From: Octopus sinensis
Lineage: Eukaryota
DNA: 29,034 nt
NCBI RefSeq assembly: GCF_006345805.1
Contig: NW_021833158.1
Location: forward strand, 1-29,034
Direction: 5' to 3'
The notes beneath the pieces are model-generated. The model searched no databases, was not told the DNA's origin, and worked only from the letters and a program-made list of their open reading frames with translations. This document shows positions 1 to 11,450 of the stretch, piece after piece; the first letter of the stretch is position 1; each line of letters begins with the position of its first letter. A program made the position numbers and the translations under genes.

Positions 1-228
1 AAAACAACAGCATCAACCCCGGTCCCCACCACCAAAAACGCAACAACGTTATGAATAGGACAACGCCAAAAAGCTCTACAAGATTTGCCCCTCCCCTGTT
101 CGGAGCACTCAGACATACCTTGCGCGGATAGGGACGACGAAAGACCAAAATGGCAAGAGGTCGCCTGAACACACAAAAGAAAAAGAAACAGAACCAAAAA
201 CACACAGACAATTCAGACATAGACTTGC
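1..228 (+). mobile_element. Possible ORF1 C-terminal remnant of an L1/Tx1-type LINE
   Basis: Frame 1 reads KTTASTPVPTTK...DRDDERPKWQEVA*THKRKRNRTK: a low-complexity basic tail with a W-x-x-V..KRKR pattern. It is co-oriented with the APE fragment at 1379-1616. Weak and motif-only. Confidence 0.3.
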
Positions 229-234
229 CCAAAT

Positions 235-1378
235 GCATCAATAAATTAACATTGATATTTTTTCACCGTTGTTGCAATCATCTGAAATGCAACTGTCAAA
301 GCGCGATATTCGAGCAATTTTGCTATTCAACATCAAAAAAGGATGTAAAGCAGCTGAAACTTCTCACGATGTCAACGAAACGTTTGGTGAGGAAATGACC
401 AGTGAGTGGTCAGTTTGAAAATGGCTTAAACGATTTAGCAGTGGAAACCTGAAAATCTTGAGCGTAGTGGACGCCCGTCTGTCATCGATGACGGTCAACT
501 GAAGATCGTCATTGAGAAAGACCCACGTAAAACCACTCGAGAACTAGCAAAAGAACTTCAAGTCAGCCAGAAAATGCCTGAAACCATTTGCATGCGATCG
601 GAAAATCAGAAAAGCTCGACAAATGAATACCACACGATTTGAATGAAAATCAGAAAATGTGAACTTATGAAATGTGCTCGTCACTTCTTCGCCGAAACCA
701 GACCGATCCAATTCTTGACCGTATTTGCGATGAAAAGTAGATTCTGTATAATAATAGAAAATGTTTTTCGCAGTGGATGGACCCAAATGAAGCACCGAAA
801 AGCTTCCCTAAACCCGATCTCTTCAAAAAAGAGATTATGGTGATTGTTTAGTGATGTGCCGTTGGACTCATCCACTATAACTTATTAAAACCCAGAAAAT
901 CCATTACTGCAGAAACATATTACCAAGAAATTGCCAATGTGAACGAAAAACTGCTACTCCTCTGTCTCAGACTGGTCAACAGAAGAGGGCCAATCATTCT
1001 TCATGACAATACTCGACCACACGTTTCACTAATGACGCTCCAGAAGTTTAGGGAATCTGGCTACGAAGTTCTTCCTTACTCAGCCTACTCCCCAGACCTT
1101 TCTCCCAACGTCTATCACTTTTTCAAGTATCTTTATGGTTTCCTTCGAGAGAAGGAGTTCAAAAATCAAACCGATGCTGAAAGCGCGTTCAAAGAGTCCA
1201 TCAGCTCCAGAACTCCAGATTTTTATGTTAACGGAATAAACAAACTTTGTAACTCATTGGCAAAAATGTGTTTATAGTAATGGTACAGACTTTGATGAAT
1301 AAAATTTCCCCATTGCTGGAATACATTGTGATGAATTTCACGTTTCAAAACGTTGCTTACTTTTTACTCAGCCTGATA
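235..1378 (+). mobile_element. Mariner DNA transposon, degenerate, 5' TIR missing
   Basis: Transposase remnant plus a 3' TIR-like end aaaacgttgcttactttttactcagcctga (~1347-1376) followed by TA (1377-1378). No matching 5' TIR was found upstream. Confidence 0.9.
287..1302 (+). pseudogene. Mariner (DD34D) transposase pseudogene
   Basis: MQLSKRDIRAILLF...KGCKAAET HTH, RSGRPS, *IPHDL (WVPHEL), CDEK*ILY, HDNTRPH, YSPDLSPNVYHFF, GINKL/WQKCV...FDE*. Multiple stops and frameshifts; the third catalytic D is lost. Confidence 0.93.
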
Positions 1379-1616
1379 TTTATTTCCATGTCAAACGGGA
1401 ATGAGGGGCGGGGTGGAATGGCAGTGTTGTCCCAGAGACGCCTGGATCTCAACACAAAGATTATCTTCCTGGACTCAGAAGGTAAGTTGGTGGTCCTGGA
1501 CGTCGTGAACAGTAGTAACGGAGGTGTCCTCAGTCTGGTGGCTGTTTATGCCTCGACACGTTCAGGATAGCTGAACATCTTCAGACGTCTGGAGGTTTTC
1601 CTTGGAGTGTCTAGAC
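1379..1616 (+). mobile_element. L1/Tx1-clade LINE ORF2 apurinic endonuclease fragment
   Basis: Translation GRGGMAVL...DSEGKLVVLDV...LVAVYAST..*LNIFRRLEVFL matches the APE pattern GVAIL..D.EGR.....L..VYAP...FF..L. Confidence 0.75.
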
Positions 1617-2429
1617 CAGGTGTCTGTAACCTGTGGCACGCGTGTCATGTGTAGCACGCGGAACAATTCACAATGGCATGCACACCACTTGGCAAAAAAT
1701 AAAAGTAAAATTTTATTTATAACTAACTCTGAGGAAGCGACATCATAATAATTAAATTACATATCTTTTTTACGATCCATCTATTCTAGCCTAAACTATC
1801 TGAAGTTAGTTGTATTTGGTAGTATTACATTTCCTTAAAAATATAGTACTACTGAACACAATTTTGATACGAAATTATGAATGTTAGCACAATTAATTTG
1901 TTTGTAAGCTGGTGCTGAAAGCATTTCTATGGACTTTATTACTGAAGCCGGGAGCTAGAGGTGCGAACGCTTATTGTTTCGAACTCGGCTGTATATTTGG
2001 TTGACCACTTTACAGCAGCCAGTCTAAATAAAGACACTCTTTAAAATCGGCTGCTACATTGCGGGTCGTCTATAAGTAGACGCTTTTAAAATTATTCTCA
2101 CATTTTGGGAAGAAAAAGCGGTAACGAGTAGGGTTTTCAAAAGGAATTAAACATGAAAAGTCAAAAATTATAGTTATTTTCTTAGGTTTCAATTTCTCCT
2201 TCGGAAGTTAAGTTGTCTGATCTTTTGGGTATATATTTTTTTGTTTATACATATCATTTATTTTAATCTAATTATTTTATTATTACAAAAATTAATTCAT
2301 TAAATTAATTTCATTCTTTTTTACTATTTATTTTATTCTAATTATTTTATTTAGTTATTTTTATTTGTAGAACCTAATTTAAGGGTTTATACACCTGACA
2401 TATCAATTATCAATATATAGTGCAGCAAA

Positions 2430-4940
2430 TTGCATAACAAAGGACCAAAATTTGACGTTCGTTCATTTCAAGATTTCTGGAGCACTGAGTATGGATTTGT
2501 ACAACAAAATCATCGAGTTGTGTGTGCGTTCTGCTGTGAATTTGTCGTATGTCGTACATCAAGTGTTCAAATACACTATCAAACTAGACACCAGACTATG
2601 TCTAAAAACGCTGATGATAAAAGGCAAATCATAAAAAGGGCTATTTCTAGTTACAAATGAAGGACTTCTGTTTTTGTTCAAATGCTTGGAACCAACAATG
2701 AAGCCAAATAATGTAGTTAGACAATTGCTCAATGTATAGTTGAGAAAGGTAAACCTTTAACAGTCGGAGAATTTATCAAAAAAGATTTTCTGAGAAGTGC
2801 AAAACTTTTGTTCAGTGATCAAGCAAACGCTGAATAAATACTGTCTCGAATTCAAGAAATACCAACTTCTGCATGATCAGTTGAGAGACGTGTAACTGAT
2901 ATAGCTGAAAACATAATTATAACACAGAAAGTTAGATTACAAAAAGCTGCTGCATTCAGTGACCCCTATCGATGAAAGTACTCAAGTGAATGACATGGCG
3001 CACCTAGCAATTGTTGCAAGATGCTGGGACAATGATCGTATTTACGAAGAATCATGTTGTTTGATTATTCCTCTTACCAATACATCTACAGGACAGGACA
3101 TTCTGACTGCATTTCTAAATTATTTCGAAAATCAAGCCATTAATACAAATAAAATATTTTGTATTACTACTGGTGGTGCACGTGCAGTGGGTGGAAAGGA
3201 AAAAAAGATTTATTAAGCGTCTTGAAAATCACATTTCACGCAGTTTAATGTGTTTTAATTGCATTGTACATCAGGAAAATTTAGTTGCAAAACTTTCGTC
3301 ACAAAGCTTGAGTTCTGTCGTGGAAACTGTTGTTAAAATAGTTAACTTCATGGTTTCTTGCTCTTCACTGACTCACAGACAATTTAAGTCTCTTCTGCAG
3401 GAACTGGACAGCGAATATGCAGACTTCCCACTTCACAGTAAAGTCCTGCAGCGTAGACTCGGTTAAAATTTCTCTCTCCCATTTATTATATATACGTGCA
3501 TTCGAACGTAGAAGGGAACAGCTATCCGGTTGCCGCTATTTGGATCCCGTTCTGTCCACTACTCTGATTAGTTGGTATTGGCGCAATTTGTCGCGCCAAA
3601 CTACCGCGTATCACCAGTCGGAGTCAGCCTGTTCTCTACCCCGTTTTGGCCTACTTCTCCTTATAAAAACTCAGCCTTTTCTCCTGTCGTCTTTTGGTTC
3701 CAGACCTTTTAAGGTATAGGCACTGACCACAAAGACACAGCCAGTTCCAGAGACTTACCAACTTTGTCCAACAGCATTCCAACAACCTCCGAATTCGTCG
3801 CCACCACCATGTCCTTAACGTCTTCAACATCATCTCTCTACGTACACAGCTCTGCAAGCGATGCATCCAGGTTCCAACACTTCACTGTTCGTGAATTACT
3901 TCATCATGGGTCAACAACAAATATACAACCAGTATGAACTCCTGTACAAGTTACCCAGGCAGCAGCATCACAGCCACGACATCACGTTCAACATATACCT
4001 GTAATTGTCTCCTACATCTATGAACCCATACGCATACATTCTGTTCTCATGACGGCATGTCTATCGTTCAGTATACATGATGCACACACAGACACATCCG
4101 TTAACATATCAATAAATCTTCTTTTAATCATTCTACGCGGTTGTCTCCTTTATCCATCTGGCAAATAGATGGTACTATCAATTTTCTCTTTATTGTAAGG
4201 GCTGTGTGATGTGGTACTAAAGAGCCATTCTTGTCAACTCGCATCGCACGGTCCTTACAGTCCGTTGGCTTTGTCGGGGTAATGTTTTGAACAGATTTGT
4301 ATCATGCTTAGAAGAATATTTCTTGAAAGGAAACAGTTGCCAGAATTGAACAACGAAGACGGTTTATTTAAACTGATGCTTCTAACTGACAGTCACTTGA
4401 ATGATTAAAATTTGCATTTACAAGAGAGAGGTCAAACAGTACTTGATGTTTTTGAATATTGGAAAGGATTTTGTTAAAATCAGATTTTTTTTGCGTGATA
4501 AACTTAGCAATACATAAAAATACTTTCCAAATGTAAAAGCTTATTCAAATCGATTTAATATTTAATAAAAACGAACTTCAAAAATATATTGCAACGTTGA
4601 AAGAAGAATTTTCCAAGTGAGATAAATATTTCAAAACAAATTCTCCTATATTTTCATTTCTCATCAAACCCGACTTTGAGGGATTTGAAAACGAACCCAA
4701 TTCATCTATCACTTTTGGGCTCAACAACAAATATACAGGATAGCTTTGAAGTGGAAATGATTGAATTAACCACTTCAGAATTATGGGGGGAAAATTTATG
4801 GAACTACGAAAATCTCTTGAAAGAAGCAGCTTACAGAATTCAGTTGCCATCTTCAATCGCTGGGAGACGTTGCCTGAAAGATTCAATTCTTTGAAGAAAA
4901 TCGCCTCAGCTCGGCTTTCACCCTTTAGCTCAACATATAC
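2430..4940 (+). pseudogene. hAT transposase pseudogene, interrupted at 3447-4259
   Basis: FQDFWSTEYGF..CAFC...HYQTRH (BED-like), IDESTQVNDMAHL, CITTGGARA (TDGA mutated), CIVHQENL, HRQFKSLLQELDSEYADFPLHSKV|RWLCRGNVLNRF, and LSPFSSTY ending just before the catalytic CE motif. Many stops and frameshifts. Confidence 0.92.
3447..4259 (+). mobile_element. Solo LTR (Gypsy-like), 813 bp
   Basis: TG...CA ends with a 4-bp TSD GTCC (3443-3446 and 4260-4263). Removing it restores HSKV-RWL in the hAT transposase. TATAAAA at ~3662 and AATAAA at 4111. Confidence 0.85.
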
Positions 4941-4973
4941 AGGATTACCCCAAATCAACAGAACCTATAAAAT

Positions 4974-5120
4974 TTCGGTTTCCCTCTACCAAATCCACTC
5001 ACAAAGATTTGATCATCCCGAGACTATAGTAGAAAACAATTTCCCAAAATGCCATGCAGTGGAAACTGAATCTGGATCTACGTGCTTGCGGAGCAAGTTT
5101 CTTACCACACAGCCACGCCT
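4974..5120 (-). mobile_element. tRNA-derived SINE family A (CORE-like), head fragment, diverged
   Basis: Homologous to the copies at 18460-18620, 19920-20080 and 21510-21673. Confidence 0.8.
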
Positions 5121-5248
5121 ATGCATGTGTGTTTATGTATAAGTCTATATATACGATGGACAGGACAAACAAATATTTAAATAATATTTCTGACGTGCGT
5201 GTAACAAAGTTATTCTATTACGTTGCATAGTTATAGAAAGATAGAGAG

Positions 5249-5632
5249 AGAGGGAAAAATAAATCATATATACGCGTGTGTGTATAAATGTTAAATCTTA
5301 AAAGAAAAGTAACAAAAATTGATTTCACTATTTGCGTTCTGAGTTCCTTTCCTGTCGAACTCCCCTTTGCCTTTCATTTCTCAGAGGTGCTGAAGTCCAA
5401 TTACTCGACTTTCGACCTTCCCCACAAAAACACAACCACTGGCCTTGTACCTAATCCAGAAACCACTTAGTAGGTGGCAATCTAGGATTTTAGGACAAAG
5501 AATTGCTACGCGGTGTCATATGTAATCATGTATGATTATACAAAGATGCATGAGGATATATATACATACACAAACGCGCACAAATATGTGTGTGTATGAG
5601 TGTGTGTGTGCACATGAGTGTGTGTATCTATG
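5249..5632 (+). repeat. Direct repeat copy 1 (~385 bp; contains a decayed family B SINE)
   Basis: Aligns with 8633-9021 at roughly 85-90% by eye. Confidence 0.9.
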
Positions 5633-5639
5633 TACATTT

Positions 5640-5652
5640 GTATATATATATG

Positions 5653-5751
<99 letters not shown>

Positions 5752-5900
5752 GTATGTATGTATATATGTATGTACAAGCGAGCGTGTGTCTACATGCGTG
5801 TGTGAATACATGCACATATGTACGAAGCGAAACATTCACACACACACACACACGTATATATATAGGTATATAAATACATAGATATATATTCATACGCATT
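5640..5900. repeat. (TA)n/(TG)n/(CA)n microsatellite
   Basis: Direct inspection. Confidence 0.95.
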
Positions 5901-5929
5901 TAGATGTATACACACGCATATATGTGTAT

Positions 5930-6195
5930 TCTTTTTCTTTAATTCTTTTACTTGTTGAAGTCATTTGCCTGCGCCCATGCTGGAGCACTATATCAAAAGC
6001 CTTGAAGCCCAATAAATTGACATCAGGGTATATTATTTGTAAGCCAAATACTTATTTTATTGGCCTCTTTTGCCGAACCGCAATGTTAAGGAGGGGAGCG
6101 TAAAAAACCTGCTGTCAAGATATGAAAGGGTAACAAACATAGTCGCAAAGACAGAAACACACATACACAAACAAACTCACACATATATGCATCAA
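5930..6195 (-). mobile_element. SINE family A 3' half; continues at 8594-8634 beyond the PLE
   Basis: Matches the tail of the copies at 19660-19890 and 21225-21450 (gtcatttg..ccatgctggagcac..tacttatt..gccgaaccgc). Confidence 0.75.
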
Positions 6196-6397
6196 TATAT
6201 ATATATATATATATATATATAGATAAGAAAGTTTGTTTGGTAAAGCACGTGGGTGAATATATAAGAAAATAGTAAAGAGTGAAAAAACGACAGAAGGCTT
6301 AAATATTAAAAAATATATATATTTGTGTGAAAATGTCTGGAGAATATTTGAAAAATTTTTTTCCTTTCCTTAAAATGACATAATTTTATAATTTTTA

Positions 6398-6436
6398 AAG
6401 AAATACCGGTTTCGCGTGTAGCTTTTCAAATTTCTT
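6398..6436 (-). ncRNA. Candidate minimal hammerhead ribozyme, U3-A8 variant (left arm)
   Basis: Exact reverse complement of 8303-8341. Confidence 0.6.
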
Positions 6437-6570
6437 GTGACGTTATGTTTATATTGCATGGAGTTATCGTTGTGTTTATTTTCAGGAGATTTCTAAATAA
6501 GGGGAGGTAGTGAGTGATTTCTTCCGGTGTAAGGGAGATAATCGCTTAAAAATTTTTTTCCTTTCCCTTG

Positions 6571-7481
6571 TTAATTTCTCTGTATCAGTATGTTCGGATG
6601 GTTGAGTCTGGGTTTGTACTTTTCAATGAAGAATGTTTCCTTGTTCAGTCTCATTTGTGTTGATAATCCGAAAGCACATTGGTAAAATGGGAAGATTAAA
6701 AATTGTGGCAGTAGTTGCTTTGCGCATTTCTCAATGTGCTCACTAAAAGGTATCATTCTATATTCTGGGAATGCAATCTGTTGTCGATGCAGTGTGCATC
6801 TACGCCTGAGTGATAGTCCCGTGGAACCCACGTAGTCTTGGTGGCAGCCCGAGCATTTAATGACATAAATTATGTTTTCAGAGGCACAAGTAAAGTTAGA
6901 TTTGATCTTGAATTTTTGTCCCTCTTTAAAGAGGAATTCTGATCCTTCTAGCAGGTTAGGGCATGTTGCACAGTTCGATCTACCATATTTTTTTACTTTT
7001 GCATCCGTAGTTTCAGAAGACAATTTTGCCTTTGTGAGAATCTTCTTAAGTGATTTAGGCTGTTTGTAGCTTTTAATGATTTGGTGTATGTTTAGAATTT
7101 CCTTTAATTTTGGGTTTTTATGAAGTATTGGTAAATTCTGGGTGATGATGGTGAAGGCTTCTTTGTTTCTGGGGTTGTATGTAGATATATAAGGTAGTAT
7201 TTTCGGGGAAGGTGTGTTGTTGTGTTGAACTTTTCTTAAAGTTTCTATGTTGATTTCTGTTGCACGTCTGATCCCATCCTCTAAGAGTTGAGCTGGGTAA
7301 TGTCTGTCAATTAGGGTGTTTTTGAGTTCTTGCAGTCTAAAGTTCCTGGTATTTTGTTCTGACACTATTGTGCATATCCTTCTTGCAAGGTTGAAGGGGA
7401 TGTTTGTTTTAGTGTGTCTTGGGTGGCATGAATTAAAAAGAAGGTATTGTTTGGCGTCTGTGGCTTTGTAAAAAATGTCTT
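6571..7481 (-). CDS. PLE ORF C-terminal part: RT thumb, Cys linker, GIY-YIG endonuclease (open, 5'-truncated)
   Basis: DIFYKATDAKQYLLFNSCHPRHTKTNIP (PLE thumb YRKPT..YL.F.S.HP), YGRSNCATC linker, NIIYVIKCSGCHQDYVGST..LRRR..H, FSEH, RLNKETFFI..LN. The RT catalytic core is absent. Confidence 0.9.
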
Positions 7482-8155
7482 CAGAAATCAACATAGAAAC
7501 TTTAAGAAAAGTTCAACACAACAACACACCTTCCCCGAAAATACTACCTTACATATCTACATACAACCCCAGAAACAAAGAAGCCTTCACCATCATCACC
7601 CAGAATTTACCAATACTTCATAAAAACCCAAAATTAAAGGAAATTCTAAACATACACCAAATCATTAAAAGCTACAAACAGCCTAAATCACTTAAGAAGA
7701 TTCTCACAAAGGCAAAATTGTCTTCTGAAACTACGGATGCAAAAGTAAAAAAATGTGGTAGATCGAACTGTGCAACATGCCCTAACCTGCTAGAAGGATC
7801 AGAGTTCCTCTTTAAAGAGGGACAAAAATTCAAGATCAAATCTAACTTTACTTGTGCCTCTGAAAACATAATTTATATCATTAAATGCTCGGGCTGCCAC
7901 CAAGACTACGTGGGTTCCACGGGACTATCACTCAGGCGTAGATGCACACTGCATCGACAACAGATTGCATTCCCAGAATATAGAATGATACCTTTTAGTG
8001 AGCACATTGAGAAATGCGCAAAGCAACTACTGCCACAATTTTTAATCTTCCCATTTTACCAATGTGCTTTCGGATCATCAACACAAATGAGACTGAACAA
8101 GGAAACATTCTTCATTGAAAAGTACAAACCAGACTCAACCATCCGAACATACTGA
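7475..8155 (+). CDS. Inverted copy of the PLE linker + GIY-YIG endonuclease
   Basis: Near-identical to the minus-strand ORF, with CGRSNCATC intact. A 1-bp deletion near 8130 changes the C-terminus (KPDSTIRTY vs KPRLNHP). The ATG comes from the antisense of the spacer. Confidence 0.8.
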   Translation: MSSEINIETLRKVQHNNTPSPKILPYISTYNPRNKEAFTIITQNLPILHKNPKLKEILNIHQIIKSYKQPKSLKKILTKAKLSSETTDAKVKKCGRSNCATCPNLLEGSEFLFKEGQKFKIKSNFTCASENIIYIIKCSGCHQDYVGSTGLSLRRRCTLHRQQIAFPEYRMIPFSEHIEKCAKQLLPQFLIFPFYQCAFGSSTQMRLNKETFFIEKYKPDSTIRTY

Positions 8156-8302
8156 TACAGAGAAATTAACAAGGGAAAGGAAAAAAATTTTAAGCGATTA
8201 TCTCCCTTACACCGGAAGAAATCACTCACTACCTCCCCTTATTTAGAAATCTCCTGAAAATAAACACAACGATAACTCCATGCAATATAAACATAACGTC
8301 AC

Positions 8303-8341
8303 AAGAAATTTGAAAAGCTACACGCGAAACCGGTATTTCTT
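8303..8341 (+). ncRNA. Candidate minimal hammerhead ribozyme, U3-A8 variant (right arm)
   Basis: aagaaa-t-TTGAAAA-gc(tacac)gc-GAAA-ccgg-TA-tttctt: stem I aagaaa/tttctt, 2-bp stem II, palindromic stem III ACCGGT. Lies in the PLE 3' region on the sense strand. Confidence 0.6.
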
Positions 8342-8473
8342 TAAAAATTATAAAATTATGTCATTTTAAGGAAAGGAAAAAAATTTTTCGAATATTCTCC
8401 AGACATTTTGACACAAATATATATATTTTTTAACATTTAAGCCTTCTGTCGTTTCTTCACTCTTTACTATTTT

Positions 8474-8592
<119 letters not shown>

Positions 8593-8632
8593 AAAGAACT
8601 TTTTCCGTTTCCGTCTAACTAATCCACTCGTA

Positions 8633-9021
8633 AGAGGGAAAAATAAATCATATATATATGTGTGTGTGTAGATACAAATGTTAAATTTTAAAAGAAAAGT
8701 AACAAAAGTTGATTTGTCTATTTGCGTTCTGAGTTCCTTTCCTGTCGAACTCACCTTTGCCTTTCACTTCTCAGAGGTGTTGAAATCCAATTAGTCGACT
8801 GTCCACCTCCCCCACAAAAACATAACCACTGGCCTTGTACCTAAGCCAGAGACAACATTATATGAGCGGCAATCTAGTATTTCAGGACAAAGAATTGCTA
8901 CGCGGTGTCATATGTAATCATGTATGGTATATAAAGATGCATGAGGATATATATACATACACAAATACGGACAAATATATGAGTGTGTATGAGTGTGTGT
9001 ACATGAGTGTGTGTATATATG
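8633..9021 (+). repeat. Direct repeat copy 2
   Basis: Aligns with 5249-5632. Confidence 0.9.
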
Positions 9022-9294
9022 ACTTCAGTTTTAATTTTTAAAAGAAATTAAATAAGTTTTATCAACTTATCTGAATATTGTATTGCCTCATATAAGTTTT
9101 TTGTCTCACGTTCCAGCAGCTATCCGATAAGTATACTGAATGAAATACCCGGTGGTAATAATTCTCTATATTTTTTTTAAACGAGAGTGCCAGTATTTCC
9201 CCTTGATGTATGTGATTGGCTGAAATTCTTTAATATCCGGAAAATAAATCCATTTTCCAGCTATCCACCATTCCTACACGTCAAGTGTTGAAAT

Positions 9295-9395
9295 GGTCAC
9301 TGTGTAACATGAGATGAAGTGTTCTGCGCACAATACACCTCTCGGTCCTGTATTTGAAATCACGACCTTGTTATCGTGAATAGCATCCCTAATCA
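9295..9395 (-). mobile_element. Decayed SINE family C head
   Basis: gtaacatgagatgaagtgtt...tttgaaatcacgacct resembles 27250-27330. Confidence 0.5.
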
Positions 9396-10271
9396 CGATT
9401 TTCATGTGTTCTCGACTTCTTTTATTTTACCAAAACTTTAATTTTCATATGTCCTGACAACACCCAGAGAATATTCTTATCTACTTGACGCTTTTCTAAA
9501 ACAAACGCCATTGTTTTTGTCGATTATTGGGATGGCGATATCTGCTCAAAGATACGACCTCATCTCTCTAGTTACTAAAATGCAAACCCGACGAATTTTC
9601 CTCGTTTCCCAGAATATATTTCAGTTGTTTCTAAAGAATGCTTGTTGTTCACTGGTGACAAGACTATGATCAGAGGAGTTTCGGTCATGATCATCCCGTC
9701 GATTCACTTATACTGCAATGTGTGTTGTGTCCTTTCCGTGGTTAAGACGGTAGAGAGTGAGACAATGGAATATCATTGTCTCAAATGCCTACGACAGGGC
9801 TGATAGCGCAAATGTTCAAGTAATGGACATTCATTAGTCCTGAAACCTACATCTTCAATAATTATTGTAATACATCACATGATGTGGATGTTAATTTTCA
9901 TAGCTCTCTCCGAAATATAAGTCCGACCTTACTATCAAGATGAACCATCAATTTATTAAATGACATCCAGGACTGAATTATTCTGCTACTTGCAGAAGAA
10001 TGAAAGTGATATTCTACGTGGTTTACTCTCCATGTGTGTTTAGCATATTGTAACTTTCATGTACATGGGTTATCTCAAGTACAACATACCCTCGAATATT
10101 TAGGGGCGTCCAGTTCACCCTGTGTAACTTGTCGCAGGACTCACACGGCAGATGCAGGTATTAGAGGGTAAAGACGGTACTAATTCCCTAAGTTGTTCAC
10201 GTGAGCATCCGCATAACAATTTATTATTATTCCATATACACACAACAGTTTAGACTGTGTGAGTACGTTTG

Positions 10272-10317
10272 TGTATATATATATATATATATGTAAATTT
10301 ATATACATATATGTATA

Positions 10318-10390
<73 letters not shown>

Positions 10391-10539
10391 TAATATATAT
10401 ATATATATATTATATATAAATATATGTATATATTAAAGTATATGTTGGCGTCTAAGTGAATGTGTGTGTGTGTGAGTACATGCAGAAGTGTACGGCGTTC
10501 AACATACACACACAGACACACAACACTCACACGTATATG

Positions 10540-10585
<46 letters not shown>
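10272..10585. repeat. (TA)n-rich microsatellite block
   Basis: Direct inspection. Confidence 0.95.
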
Positions 10586-10587
<2 letters not shown>

Positions 10588-10748
10588 GGCGTAGGAGTGG
10601 CTGTGTGGTAAGTAGCTTGTTTACCAACCACATGGTTCAGGGTTCAGTCCCACTGGGTGGCATCTTGGGCGAGTGTCTTGTACTATAGACTCGGGCGACC
10701 AAAGCCTCGTGAGTGGATCTCGTAGATGGAAACTGAAGGATGCCCTGT
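10586..10748 (+). mobile_element. SINE family A head (A box TGGCTGTGTGG, B box GGTTCAGTCCC)
   Basis: Pol III internal promoter boxes followed by a CORE-like cttgggcgagtgtctt. Confidence 0.88.
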
Positions 10749-10766
10749 GGTAAATATGTACATGTT

Positions 10767-10879
10767 TGGCCCGAGGCTATAGTAGAAAACACTTACCCAA
10801 GCTGCCACACAGTGGGACTGATCTCGGAACCAGGTGGTTGGTAAACAAGCTACTTACCATTCAGCCACTCCTACGCCTA
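10767..10879 (-). mobile_element. SINE family A head, inverted relative to 10586-10696
   Basis: Reverse complement is roughly 85-90% identical to the preceding copy. Confidence 0.88.
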
Positions 10880-11261
10880 CAGTCTCAAAGAATGAAAATT
10901 ATTTTAGAATTCTCTTTATTATATTTTCCTTACACGCTCCCATACACACACACACATATATATATAGATATATATAACACCTTTTAGCTGAAGGCAGAGA
11001 TTTATTGCATAGATTAAATTAAAGTATATGAAGAAGACAAGCTTTATATTTTTTATTTCAGGAAAAAATTGATTCACAAATTTTGAATTTCCTTGAAATA
11101 TAAAAATCCAAGACATTTTCTTTCTTTCAAATTTATCAACTATTTTTGAGATTCTTTAAAAACATATAAACATTCTCTTCTTGTAAACATACTTGAAATC
11201 CTGGACACAATTTTTATTGTTTATAAAATGATTTGAGAAAACCAGTATATATGTTCGTGTT

Positions 11262-11450
11262 CATGTATGTATGTATGTATGTATGTTCGTATGTATGTAT
11301 GTATGTATGTATGTCTGTATGTATGTATGTATGTATGAATGTATGTATGTATGTTTGTATGTATGTATGTATGTATGTATGTATGTTTGTATGTATGTAT
11401 GTTTGTATGTATATATGTATGTATATATGTATGTATATATGTATGTATGT
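11262..11450. repeat. (TATG)n microsatellite
   Basis: Direct inspection. Confidence 0.95.

Larger units (their letters stand above)
1617..4940 (+). mobile_element. hAT-Charlie (SPIN/GTF2IRD2-like) DNA transposon, 3'-truncated
   Basis: Starts CAGGTGTCTGTAACCTGTGGCACGCG (Charlie-type TIR) directly after GTCTAGAC (1609-1616), which fits the Charlie NTCTAGAN target consensus. Transposase remnant follows. Confidence 0.9.

Noticed and set aside
4578-4958. Antisense ORFs over transposon remnants (also 6872, 7672, 14701, 15265, 17016)
   Set aside because: Shadow frames of TE coding sequence with no independent motifs.
5516-5899. YI/CV/HT/MYVC-repeat ORFs here and throughout (e.g. 18577-19725, 20646-21325, 22353-23327)
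   Set aside because: Translations of (TA)n, (TG)n and (TATG)n microsatellites, which lack stops in some frames; not genes.
10590-10660. tRNA gene
   Set aside because: A/B boxes belong to multi-copy SINE heads that continue into SINE body sequence; no proper cloverleaf.
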